From the NCBI GenBank assembly GCA_038087875.1, contig CM075988.1:7814001-7878000 (forward strand): a DNA stretch of 64,000 bases, in the 5' to 3' direction. Under the pieces are notes generated by a model, which saw nothing but the letters and a program-made list of their open reading frames with translations, was not told the origin of the DNA and made no database searches. The position numbers were made by a program, and so were the translations under genes. Position 1 is the first letter of the stretch. Each line of letters opens with the position of its first letter. This document shows positions 25,166 through 37,349 of the stretch, in pieces. Source of the DNA: Malacoraja senta. Taxonomy: Eukaryota.

Positions 25166-26974
25166 GTGAGTCAGCAAAGTAGCTGCTGAGCAAGGCAGTC
25201 AAAGTCGGATATTACTCGTGAAAACTGATCAATGTCAGTGTGATTCTGAAGAAGAGTCCCGACACGATGCTGCCTGCCCCGCTGAGTTCCCCCAGCGATT
25301 TGTGTTTTGCTCACGGTTCCAGCACCAGCACTTCCTTGTGTCTTAAATCGATTCTATTATATTTGTAATCTCTCTAGTTAGAATCATAAAGTCAATAGAG
25401 TGAATACACCAGAGAAACAGACCGTCTGGCCCACAATGTCCATGCCAACCTTTTTGCCCATTTACACTTATCCGGTTTGTCCACATTAGATCCATTTTCT
25501 TCCACACCTTGCCTACTGGAATGCCCATGTAAATGCCACTTAAGCATTGTAATTGTATCTGAGTCCAGTATTAGCAAGTTCCAAATACTCACCACCTTCA
25601 TACGTTCATAATTCACAGGAGCAGAAGTAGGCCATTCAGCCGATCGAGTCTACTCGATCATGGCTGATCGATCTTTCCCTCTCATCCCCATTCTCCTGCC
25701 TTCTCCACATGACCCTTGACACCCGTACCAATCAAGAAATGTGTCAATCTCCGCCTTAAAAATACCCAATGACTTGGCCTCCACAGCTGTCTGTGGAAAT
25801 TAATTCCACTGGCTCACCACCCAATCAGTGTGTGAAAAAAAAATGTACCTTCAAATTCTTTTCAAAGCTCCTTCTTCACACCTTAAACCTATGTCTTCTT
25901 GTTTATCCACTACCATGGGAAATACATTCTGACTATCTTATCTATGTCTCTAATGATCCTATACACCTATCATGCCTCCCCTCAACCTCCATCACTCCAA
26001 GTAACTGAAGCCCAGTCTTTAAAATCCCCTCCCATAACTAAAGCCCCCAATTCAAGCAATGTCCTGGTGAATCCTCTAAGGGCCAAACACAGAGAGGTGG
26101 GACTAGTGTAGATGGGGCATATTGGTCGGCTTGGACAAGTTGGGCTGAAGGGCCTGTTTCCAGCTGTATGCCACAGGGGAAACAATATTAACTAGATGTT
26201 AATTTGATTTAATTGAGTAGATTTAAAGTATTTGATTATTTCCAGTCCTTTTTAAATCTTTTACTGTTTTAAATGTTTTAATTTTATTTTTTTATTATTT
26301 TATTCTTCCAATCCTGGTATTCACAAACATTCAGTTTGAAATGCTTTGGCAATTATCATAGTCAAGGGCATGGAATGTAAAATGTCACTGGTACTGTTCT
26401 GGACCTCCTGAACAGCTGGGAGTCAGCTTCCCTGTAGCAGACTGTGCTTCAGCCCACTGCAAGTATAAAAAGGGGCTCCAAGGCAGATGTCTACTGAGAG
26501 ATGGTTTGCAGCTCATTCTGCAATAGATTGCCCCACCATTTATAACTACGCAATGAATTATTCAGGAAGTTCTGTAACCCTTTATATATATTGATCATAT
26601 GATACAGCCCATCGGACTGCCAAGCCCACACCGCCCATCAATTATCCGTTCACACTAGTTCCATGTTATCCCACTTGTCACACGCAAAGAGCAATTTATT
26701 GAGGCTAATTAATTTACAGACCTGCACGTCTTTGGGATGTGGGTGGAAACCTGAGCACCCGGAGGAAACTCACATGGTCATGGGGAGAACATGCAAACTC
26801 CACACTGTCAGCACCCGAGATCAGAATCTGGCATTGTGGGTCAGCAACTCAACAGCGGCGTCTCTGTCTGCCCTTAATAAATATGTACAATGATTCAAAT
26901 TTTGCTCACTGATGTCTATCTGCTAACCTGTGAACAGGCAGCATATAATTTAGCCTTTTTGATTTTAGGGATGC

Positions 26975-27272
26975 ACTGTGGAAACAGGCCCTTCGGCCCA
27001 CTGAGACCACTAGCACTAGCTACTGTACACTAGCACTATCTTATTTTTCTAACCACTAGCACTATCCTACGCACTTGGGACAATTTATAATTTTACCCAA
27101 GCCAATTGACCTACAAACCTGCACGACTTTGGAGTGTGGGAGGAAACCAGAGCACCCGAGCGGTCAGAGGGAGAATGTACAATCTCCGTACAGACAGCAC
27201 CCGTAGTCAGGATTGAACCCGGGTCTCTGGCGCTGTAAGGCAGCAACTCTACCACTGTGCCATAGTGTCGCC
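26975..27272 (-). mobile_element. HE1-like SINE. Other minus copies at about 13790-14290, 17085-17328, 21838-22140, 26600-26875, 27746-28050, 30400-30640, 36208-36525, 48808-49580, 50465-50647, 52395-52694, 55694-55995, 61527-61818
   Basis: Reverse complement of the SINE consensus. Confidence 0.85.
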
Positions 27273-30200
27273 CAATATATACTTTTATATAATGCTGGCA
27301 CAAATACAATAACCATGGCTTATTCACCTCATGCCGCGTGGTTTCAACCCACGGGTGCGATGCTACTGTGTAACAGTGTGGGATATCTATGACTCACTTT
27401 GGATTTTTAAGAACAACAAAATAATGAGCAAAATGTAAGAGAAGGTGATTTCTGCACAGAAGATGGTAGGAACGAAAAATATTTTGCAAACCTAGTGAGC
27501 TTTTTGATTACTAAAAATATAAGGAATTAACCAGATGGTAGTGCTGACGTTGGTGAGCACTAAATGGCCCATCTGCAGAATTATGAGGTGAGGTGGCTGT
27601 TTTCAATGATGAATTATTCTATTGATGGAGTTGTCACAGTTTACAGTTCCAAGTGTACCCATTTGACTCATACGTGAGCTAATTATTTACTAATGCAGCT
27701 CAAAACATCCCACATTCTATCCATCGAGCTAAAACTCTGTTGCCTTAGTTTAGTTTAGGAGATACAACGTGGAAACAGGCCCTTCGGCCCACTGAGTCCA
27801 CGCCGACCAACGATCACCCGCACACTAGTTCTATGTTCTCCCAGTGGTGCATCCCATGAACTAAGGGCAATTTACAGAGGTAAATTAACCTACAAACCCG
27901 CACATTTTCGGGATGTGGGAGGAAACTGGAGCGTCTGGGGAAAACCCACACAGTCAAAGGGAGAGCATACAAACTCTGCACAGACAGCACCCGTAGTCAG
28001 GTCTCTTGTGCTGTAAGGCAGAAACTCCACCTCTGTGCCACTGTGCCACCCCACGTCTTCTTGGAAGATGTAAGCAGTTGGATTTTAATACGACTTGGGG
28101 GAAAAACAGCAGGCAGCTTTATGCAAATTGTTTGCCATTTCACCTAATCGAACGACTATTTGGCCATCGGTACCTTTGTTTAGAGGATAGCTGATCTGTC
28201 TATCACTTGTAGTCTGCATGTTCTCCCTGTGACCACGTGGGTTTCCTCCCACATCCCAAAGACCTGCGGATTTGTAGGTTACTAGGCCTCTGTAAATTGC
28301 CCCTAGTGTGTAGGGAGTGGATTTGAAAGGTGGGATTACATAGAACTTGTGTGAGTTGGTGATCGATGGCCGGCGTGCACTCTGTGGGCCGAAGGGCGCG
28401 TTTCCATCCTGTATCTTTCAATTTCTCAATTGGTCTGAGGCTTTCAAAATGATTATTGTCTTCATTATGTATTGTTTTGTTTGGAAGAGACAGTGTTGTA
28501 AGTGCATCATGACTAGCTATTTTTCTTCTCTGCTTCTAAAATGTTATGCGCCACAAGTGAATATTTCCCCACATTATGAGCTCAAAAGCAGTGCTTTCAT
28601 TCCGAAATGGAGGAAAACATAGTTGCTACAAATTTTATCTCCAGTTGGTTCCATTAAGTAGCAGCAAAGGTGTAGTTATCTGCCTGCAAGATTCATTCCA
28701 TCAGCTTCAATGGAACTGAACGGTGGAGGTAGATCACATTGCACAGTTACTGCAGTATAACATTTACGGTGCTACCAACCAAGGAAACAGTCTGTAAATT
28801 AGCCTCTGTGGAAAGTTGATTACCTTTCAGTGCAAAATTGAGAATCAGCCTTTCAACTCCTTTGGCCTTTTCAATCTCAAGGCTCCTCTGGGTTTACTTC
28901 CAGGACATAAAACTACTTAGTTAGAAACTAATATACCACAGAAAAAGCCCACTCAGCCTATTGTGCCCACGCGGGCTTTACTGTACATCAGCATTGTTGT
29001 GACTTTGAATGATTCACACAGAGACCAGAGCTGCAGAAGTAACAGGGAGTGAGATGTTTAGACGTCTATCTCCCACAAGAATCCATCAGTAGAATCTGTC
29101 TGAACACAATGTACATGAGAATTCGACACAGACAACAGGGAGATTGGGCTCTAGGTTTTGAATCATAGGTCTACTGTCTTGAAGATTATCACACTTACTC
29201 AGACGCCTCTAGACATCCCTGATGGAACTCCCAATTTCCAAATCAGTTATTGAAAGCTGTAGATTTGTGTTTGAAGCTATTTTCAGATAGGTTTTGGAAT
29301 TAATGTCTGCTCTGGATTTTTGAGGCTGATACGTCTTTGGTGCCTGTACTGGTGGTGTCTCTGGGCCTGATAGTTTGCGATGAGATGGAGTCAACAGCAG
29401 AAGCTCCACAGACAGACTCATTGAGTCATACAGCATGGAAACAGGCCCTTCAGCCCAGTTTACCCACAGCTGGCCAACATGCCCCATCTACACTAGTCCC
29501 ACCTGTCTCAGCTTAATTCTTCAACTTGCTGATTCCAGGGCCACTAATTGTGTCTCTTTCCTTGAAGGGTTTTCTGTTCTTAGCTCTGAGTGAGTTGGAC
29601 CTTTGCATTGTGCCAAAGAATCCAACATGTCATAATTAACGTCTGGTTGCTGAATCTTCTGCTCCTTCCACCCATCTTTCGATGATGAGTTTCGCGTTAA
29701 CTCTTGGTCTTCAGGTGTCTGCAGAGGTGCTATGTTTCTGCTCTTCAGGAATCCAACAATGACTTGTGTTTGTGATTAATTAGTCCATGCATTTCCTGCT
29801 CGTTCTCATTGGAACCATCCCTGGTGTGTCTGGGAGAATCTTTTTCATGGATGCTAATCATGGTGGGAGTCACTATGGACACTTTGCCTGGGAGCTGTCA
29901 CTTTTCCATGAGGCACAGTCTGAGGCTTGATGGGCGGAGTGGCCTCCTACTGATTGTATTTCCCAACATTCTTATGTAACAGTTCAGTTTAGTGGGCTTG
30001 GTGACAACAAGGGAAACATTGCAATGATTTGTGTGTCAAGAACATCATATGCCATGTTGTAATATATGCATCATCATGGAACATTCCCTTATAACAAGGA
30101 TTCAAGTTTGCAAGGAAGGTGCCTTATCTGTCAGGTTTATGGTATTCATGTAGGGCCTGTTTTCCCTGCTGCCTTTAAACTCACCAGGACTTTGTTTCTG

Positions 30201-31184
30201 TTTAGACTCACTGGATTTTGTCACCACACTAAACTCACTTAGTTTATGGAAAATTATTTTATGCAACTGCGTAACAACTTAAAAAGGAAAGTGAATTTAA
30301 TGTGTGTTGGTATAGTAATAGCCAGAAATATTCAGTACAGACACTCCCTGACACAGTAGGCGACTTATGTAAATTCACACGTACGTAAACAATTCTTTCG
30401 AATTTAGAGAAACAGCACAGAAATAGGCCCTTTGGCTCACCGAGTCCACGACAGACAACGATCACCCTGTACACTAACGCTATCTAACACACTAAGGATA
30501 ATGTACAATTTTAATCTCAGCCAATTAACCTACAGACCTGCACATCTTTGGAGTGTGGAAGGAAACCGGAGCACCCGGAGAAAACCCGCGTGGTCACAGG
30601 GAGAACGTACAAACTCCATACGGACAGCACTGTGCCGCCCCTTAGAAATTACTGCACTCGGTACATGGTGCAATCAAGGCACTTTATAATTTCCACAATA
30701 CTGTATGATAATTCAAGTTTACATTGGAAACAAGCTGACTATGGCAGCGTTGCTTACGCAGAAGGCCACATGCCGCAGAATGTGCCCTAATGTCTCAAGC
30801 CTCCCACAGTGGCGATATTCGTGCATTTGCAGTGCCCAGTGCTTCCATCAACATCTGTCCCCACAGGCACAGGGAAAATGACTATTTTGATTTTGCAAGT
30901 GTTCCAGCACTAACATGTCATGGTTCTAGCAAAAGCACTGCAAAGCACTTGTCTTTGTTAACTGAGAGGGTCGTGGGGTCTACGATTCATTAACCAAGAC
31001 GTTGTGGAGGCGGAGCGGAGGGGAAGGACATCTTCTGTGCCAAGTGGCCACCCAGGACAAACATCACAATGTGGGGGCGGCTGGACTCTGCGTACATTGA
31101 TTCATCTCAGCCTTGGGAGTAGAACTAAAAGTAGGTTCCTTGACTGGGTGAGAAGTGTCCAGATGGATTTACTTGGAAAGCTAA

Positions 31185-31398
31185 AGGGCCTGTCCCACTT
31201 GGGCGTCATTTGCGTGTCACGCAGATGGCGCGCGAAGATTTTGTACATCGCAAAATCCTGGGACACCGCACGTGACCACGCGTCACTGCCTACGTCACCA
31301 TGCACCATGCGCGTGTAATGCACACTATGCGCGCATCGTGACGCGTAAATGATGTCGCGTAAATTACGCGCAAATGACGCCCAAGTGGGACAGGCCCT
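31185..31398. mobile_element. PIF/Harbinger-type MITE
   Basis: Perfect TIR AGGGCCTGTCCCACTTGGGCGTCATTTGCG with TAA TSD. Confidence 0.88.
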
Positions 31399-31986
31399 TA
31401 AGAGTTTACATTTGTGACTGCAGGATCTCATTGACGGAAGAGGGAAAAGAGGTAGAGTGGATGTGGAGAGGATGTTTCCACTAGTGGGAGAGTCTAGGAC
31501 TAGAGGTTATAGCCTCAGAATTAGTGGATATTCCTTTAGGAAGGAGGAATTTCTTTAGTCAGAGGGTGGTGAATCTATGGAATTCTTTGCCACAGAAGGC
31601 TGTGGAGGCTAAGTCAATAGATATTTTTAAGGCAGAGATAGATAGACTCTTGATTTGTATGGTTGTCAGGGGTTATGGGGAGCAGTCAGGAGAATGGGGT
31701 TAGGACGGAGAGATAGGTCAGCCATGATTGAATGGTGAAATAGACGATGGGCCGAATGGCCTAATTCTGCTTCTATCACCTCAAGAGTGATCTGATGGAC
31801 AGCTCTCCCCACCCCAACTCCCTACTCTGCCTTGCTCATGAAGTCCATTCCATTGAGGGTGAGGAGACTGCATGATTGTACATGCTGGTAATTGAACCAA
31901 GTGAGTTTAATGTATCCTCACTGCGACCGTGAGCTCTGGATTAGAAGGGTGTGTATCACCTGACCCTAGAGGAATGCTGTCAGATG

Positions 31987-32313
31987 TGGCACGGTGGCAC
32001 AACGGTAGAGTTGCTGCCTTACAGCGCTTGCAGCGCCGGAGACCCGGGTTCGATCCCGACCACGGGTGCTGTCTATACGGTGTTTGTACGTTCTCCCCGT
32101 GACCTGTGTGGGTTTTCTCCGGTATCTTCGGTTTCCTCCCACACTCCAAAGACGTACAGGTATGTAGGTTAATTGGCTTGGTAAATGTAAAAATTGTCCC
32201 TAGTGTGTTTAGGATGATGTTAATAATAGTGTTAAATGCAGGGATCGCTGGTTGGAGTGGACCCAGTGGGCCAAAGGGCCTGTTTCCACGCTGTATCTCT
32301 AAACTAAACTAAA
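31987..32313 (+). mobile_element. HE1-like V-SINE, near full length. Other plus copies at about 2100-2375, 12706-12820, 20921-21180, 28205-28420, 32465-32770, 45755-46040, 46545-46830
   Basis: tRNA-like head with B-box GGTTCGATCCC, central domain, CR1-like tail and (TAAAC)n. Confidence 0.88.
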
Positions 32314-35300
32314 CGTGAAGTAATGTGTTGGCTTTGAGAGGGAGAGCTCGCTTATTAATTCTGCCCAGAGAAATTGGATGAGTGCTATGATTGGAAAGCA
32401 CACATGTCAAAACCGATGTAAATGCATCCCAAAATGCTCGGTGTTTTGGCTAGCCTGACAGAAGTGGCACAGTGGCACAACAGTAGAGTAGCTGCCTTAC
32501 AGCTCCAGGGACCTGGGTTCGATCCTGATTACGGGTGCTGCCTGCACAGTGTTTCTACGTTGTCTCTGTGTCTGTACGGGTTTTCTCCAGGTGCTCCAGT
32601 TTCCTCCCACACTCCAAAGACATGTGAATTTGTAGGTTAATTAGCTTTGGTAAAATTGTAAATTGTCCCCAGGGTGTAGGATAGTGCTAGTGTACGTGGT
32701 TATTGCTGGTCGGTGTGAACTTGGTGGGCCGAAGGGCTTGTTTCCGCACCGTTTCTCTAAAGTCTAAAGCTTAAGAGATATCAAGCAACATGGAGGAGTT
32801 AATGAGTTGTGTTAAAGAAGGAACTGCAGATGCCCAGAGAGAGGAGGAGAACTTCTTCAAAGTAGGCAAAGTCTGAAGAAGGGTTTCGGCCCGAAACATT
32901 GCCTATTTCCTTCGCTCCATAGATGCTGCTGCACCCGCTGAGTTTCTCCAGCATTTTTGTGTACCATGGAGGAGTTCATATTGGGTACGGCAACATAGTT
33001 ACTGCATTAATATTGAGAAACCTGGACTAATGGATGCAGTGACCTGTGTTTGAGACCATGGATAGACTGAGACATTTTAATTCTGTTAATTAAATAAAGC
33101 TAGTGTCAGTGATGGATTTGTTATAAATACCATAGGTTTCACTTGAGGGGATGAGATTTGCTGTCCTTTCTCAGAATGTGTGACTTCAGATCCACCAAAG
33201 CACTTGACCGAACGGGAATTTGACATGGGGATTTGGGAATTTGGGTATCCAGTGATGCCCACAACACAATCTCAATCCTTGTAGGCATTTTGCAGAGCTA
33301 GGGATGTATTAATTCCACCTGTGCCAACTAGCAGTGGCATCTTAAAGTAATTGCAACCAACATCTTGCCACAGAGGCATAGACCATCTACTGTCTCCATG
33401 TCTCACTGGAACCCCAGCCTTGTCTGGGGTTAGATTGCTGCTCTGCAAGAACTAAGACGTTTCCACAGGAACAGGTTGTCGTTCTTTGAGAACCGAGAGC
33501 TGATAGCTCGGGGCATATCAGCAGCAGGCTGCCAGCATGTGGGACCTGGTTATCTGAATTGACCTGAGTCTGGTCTCTCTGACGGCCATCGTGTGACCTG
33601 GGCTTTGCCGATAAGCCATCCTTTGCCTACACAGGGAGTGCTGACCTTGGCCGGGATGTTGGCGTATCTTTCCCTGCTGTGGATATCAGGCAACGCGCTC
33701 ACCTGGCCTTGTGTCAGCCAGACTACAACTCCTCATCGTGAGACACTGCAGTCACTGGGGTATTGTTTCCAGTGCCTTCAAAGTCGGCTGCAGGAGGTGC
33801 TCCCCAGTTCATGTAAAGCGGTCGGCAGTGGAGAGGGACATCAGGCGTTGTGGTGGTGCAAAAGAATCTCACTGTGCTGTGCATTCATGACAATAAAAAA
33901 CCGTTGTACCATGGGCTCCTTTCCGGCAAGGTGCTGTCAGGATCACCCGCCAAGAATGTCCTCCTGTTACTGAACGAGGGGATATGTGGTGGAGTAACTC
34001 AGCGGGTCAGGCAGCATCTCTGGAGAAAAAGGGTGGGTGACCTTTCAGCTCGTGACCCTTCTTCAGTCCTGAGCCGAAACGTCACCCATCGTTTTTCTCC
34101 AGAGATGCTGCCTGATCTGCTCAGCTACTCCAGCACTATGTGTCTGTCTTTGCTGTAAACCGGCATCTGCAGTTCCTTGTTTCTACAAAGGGACAGGTCT
34201 CCCAGCTGCCGAGCCACAGCAGATGCGGGAGTGGTGAAGAGCGATGGTTGGAGGACAAAATATTGTTCAGCACTGTTAGGAGGCAATTGTGATTGGAAAA
34301 TATCAAACTATTAATATCTACCGATGCAGAATAAATTTCTTGACTGTTCACAACAAACAATTAAAACATTTTGAGACATTAAAGAATTAAAACATCTGAA
34401 GAAGGGTCTCGACCCGGAACATCTCCTATTCCTTCGCTCCATAGATGCTGCCTCACCACTGAGTTTCTCCAGCAGTTTTGTCTACCTTCGATTTTTCCAG
34501 CATCTGCAGTTCTTTCTTTAACAAAGCATTTTATTTCACTCATTCACTGTGGTTTGCAGATGGAGGGACCGGGGAACGGAGCAGATTGTGTTGCAGTGGC
34601 CTGACTCACTGGAACGTTGACTGTTCCATCCCTTGTTGAATGTTCTTGAATCCAGACTAAGGCACCTTCCCATTGCTCTCCATCAAGCAGATAAAAGCGC
34701 TACAAGGGGAAGTGTCACTTGACAGATGTGCAGAATGTGAACAGTGTCAGGAGGCTGCACTATGGCCAATTATTCTACTGATCTGATACTCTGTGAGGGA
34801 TCCTCTTGACCACATTCTGACAGGGCCGTTCTTTTAAAGCTCAACACAACTCCCGCGGCCCTGAGATGTTATTGAGGTTTCATTTAAGGGTCAATTGTTG
34901 ACAATCATTACGTAGAACAGTACAGCACAGGAACGGGCCACTTGGTCCACAATGTATGTGCCGAACATGATACAAGATAAACTAATCTCATCTGTTTGCA
35001 CATAGTCATGGGGTCATACAAAGTGGAAACAGGCCCTTTGGCCCAATTTACCCACCGTTGAGCAACATGGCCCATCTACACTTAATCTGCCTGCGTTTGG
35101 CCAATCTCTCTCTAAACCTATCCTATCAATGTACCTGTAATTGGTCCATATCCCTCCATTCCGAGATCCATGTGTTTATGTAAAAGCCTCTTAAATGCCA
35201 CTGTCCTTTCAGCCCCCATCACCAGCCCTGGCAGTGCATTGCAGGCACTCACCAACATCTGCGTAAAAATGCACATCTCCTTTAAACTTTGCCCCTTTCA

Positions 35301-36992
35301 CCTTAAAGCTATGGTCTCTAGTCTTTGACATTTCCATCCAGGAAGAAAGGTTCTGATGGTCTATCCTAGTTATGCCTTTTGTAATTTTATACACTTAACA
35401 ACTCTCCCCTCAACCTCTTTTGCTCTAAAGAAAACAATCCCAGTTTATCAAATGCTCATTGTAGCTTTTGACCTGCTGAGTTACTCCAGGATTTTTTTTG
35501 GTCTAACATTCTGGTAAATCTCTTCTGCACCTTCTCCACATCCTTCCTGTAATGGGACGACCAGAACTGCACACAATATTCCAAATGCAGTCTAACCATA
35601 GTCTTACAGAGCTTCAACATGACTTATTGACCCATATACTCAATGCCTGACCAATGAAGGCAAGTATTCTAATGGGCATGGGTAGACAAAAGTGCTGGAG
35701 AAACTCAGCGGGCGTGGCAGCATCTATGGAGCGAAGAAGGGTTTCGGCCCGAAACGTTGCCTATTTCATTCGCTCCATAGATGCTGCCGCACCCGCTGAG
35801 TTTCTCCAGCACTTTTGTCTACCTTCGATTTTCCAGCATCTGCAGTTCGTTCTTAAATATTCTAATAGGTCTATTCTTTTCTCGCTCAACCAAACTCTTG
35901 GGGTCCTTTGGTGCTTGCTGAGGTTTCATTTGAAGATCAGTTATTGACCATCATTACATGGCCAGCTTACACTGAATATATTGCAAAGGCTGGAGATGTA
36001 TACATAACTCCCACCATGTTCTTAGTTCTATAAAGTTCTGTATTATTATTGAAACTCAGCCCAGTGTTGATGTATTTTCTGTATAGTACTGCGGAATTGT
36101 ACTAATACTGCAAGCGTCTACCTGCATTTATGAAGGTCTCTGTTCAACAAAAGGTTCCTGGTTGCTCAGATGACAGATTCTTCAGGATGTAAAGCTTCCT
36201 GATATAAAGTTTAGTTTAGTTTGGAGATACAGGATGGAAACAGGCCCTTCGGCCTACCGAGTTAGCACCGACCAGCAATCTCTGCATACTAACCCTATCC
36301 TACACACACTAGGGACAATCTTACATTTATACATTTCCACCAAACCAATTAACCTACAAACCTATACGTCTTTGGAGTGTGGGAGGCAACCGGAGCACCC
36401 AGAGAAACCCCTCGCAGGTCACGGGGAAAATGTCCAAACTCCATACAAACACGCACCTGTAGTCAGGATCGAACCTGGGTCTCTGGCACTGTAAGGCAGT
36501 AGCTCCTCCACTACGCCATTGTGCCTCCTCCAATGTGGTCTCATTGCATGTCTGGCCAGCCCACTGTTGATTGTGATGTTGCAAGTAAAACAGTGGCACA
36601 TTACAGCTTTCACGAGCAGGTTATTGCCAGTAAAATTGCTGATATTGATTCCTCAGGTGTTTATACTTCAATCACAGCATTTGTCTGCAAGTGGCCTTAA
36701 TGAATCCACTCAGTTGGAATGAACGAGTCCTGTTTGTTTCCTGAGGGATCAACATAACCACAGCTGTTTATGAGGAAGCAAAATCCACTGCTCACTGTGA
36801 ACCACTGGCATTTATTGCTGCTTTAAGCAATGGACCCTTGGGTGACAATTTAGTTTTAGTTTAGCTCAGCTTAGTTTATTGTCACGTGTACTGAGGTACA
36901 GTGAAAAGCTTTTGTTGCGTGCTAACCGTTTGGCAGAAAGACAATACATGATTACAATCGAGCCGTTTACAATGTATAGAAACATGATAAGG

Positions 36993-37349
36993 GATAGACA
37001 CAAAAAGCTGGAGTAACTCAGCGGGACAGGCAGCATCTCTGGAGAGAAGGAATGGGTGACGTTTCAGGTCGAGACCTTTCTTCAGACTAGTTATGGATAA
37101 GGGAAACGAGAGATATAGCCGATGATGTAGAGAGATTAAGAACAATGAATGAAATATATGTAAAAAAGTAACGATGATAAAGGAATCAGGCCATTCTTAG
37201 CTGTTTGTTGGGTGACTACGAGAAATTGGTGCGACTTGGGTGGGGGAGGGATAGAGAGAGAGGGAATGCCGGGGTTATTTGAAATTAGAGAAATCAAGAG
37301 TCATACCACTGGGCTGTAAGCTGCCCAAGTGAAATGAGATGCTGTTCCT
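36993..37349 (-). mobile_element. Penelope-like 3' fragment
   Basis: Minus strand …LGSLQPSGMTLDFSNFK*, then 3' UTR and terminal repeat with an intact hammerhead-like core at 37058-37085. Confidence 0.8.

Noticed and set aside
31987..32062. tRNA-like sequence with B-box
   Set aside because: It is the head of a SINE present in over 20 copies, not a tRNA gene.
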